DNA of 37,851 bases from Pseudooctadecabacter sp. (GTDB taxonomy: Bacteria; Pseudomonadota; Alphaproteobacteria; Rhodobacterales; Rhodobacteraceae), in NCBI GenBank assembly GCA_020628265.1, contig JAHDFG010000001.1:1-37851 (forward strand), in the 5' to 3' direction. Position 1 is the first letter of the stretch. The number at the start of each line of letters is the position of its first letter. The position numbers were made by a program, and so were the translations under genes. This document shows, piece after piece, positions 37,795 through 37,851 of the stretch. Under the pieces are notes generated by a model. The model was not told the DNA's origin. It searched no databases and saw only the letters and a program-made list of their open reading frames with translations.

Positions 37795-37851
37795 CACGGC
37801 TGACGGGTAAGACGGCCCTGATCACGGGGGCAGCGCGGGGGATTGGTCGCG
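37791..37851 (+). CDS. smoS: 5' fragment of an SDR, probably sorbitol (L-iditol 2-) dehydrogenase; truncated by the window end
   Basis: [20 protein letters not shown] with TGxxxGIG; ATGA overlap with smoK. Confidence 0.7.

Overview
GC-rich alphaproteobacterial chromosomal segment, most like Rhodobacteraceae (Roseobacter group) by gene content. From left to right: (1) a GH13 alpha-glucosidase; (2) a LacI-regulated tctABC-sauS-sauT sulfoacetate uptake/activation cluster; (3) a ~15 kb Wzx/Wzy-type exopolysaccharide locus (three glycosyltransferases, flippase, Wza-like exporter, galU, WecB/TagA-phosphoglycosyltransferase fusion, GumC-like co-polymerase, Wzy-like polymerase) with its own signalling module of a PruR-like periplasmic protein, a hybrid histidine kinase and a NarL/LuxR response regulator; (4) the general stress response cluster (kinase-ecfG-nepR / phyR); (5) an aberrant class II ribonucleotide reductase paralog coupled to a DUF1653-like gene, divergent from a GST and a GGDEF-EAL gene across an intergenic region with CtrA boxes; (6) a LacI-regulated polyol (smoEFGK-smoS) operon running off the end. 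Two candidates for an undescribed system stand out. The first is a putative pterin-sensing phosphorelay driving EPS transcription through a palindrome, CCTATCC-N4-GGATAGG, seen at four promoter regions of the locus. The second is an NrdJ-like enzyme that keeps the thiyl-radical Cys but has Thr at the proximal redox Cys and no C-terminal redox tail. No RNA genes, CRISPR arrays or mobile elements were recognised. Family calls come from motif recognition and recalled family consensus, not database searches.
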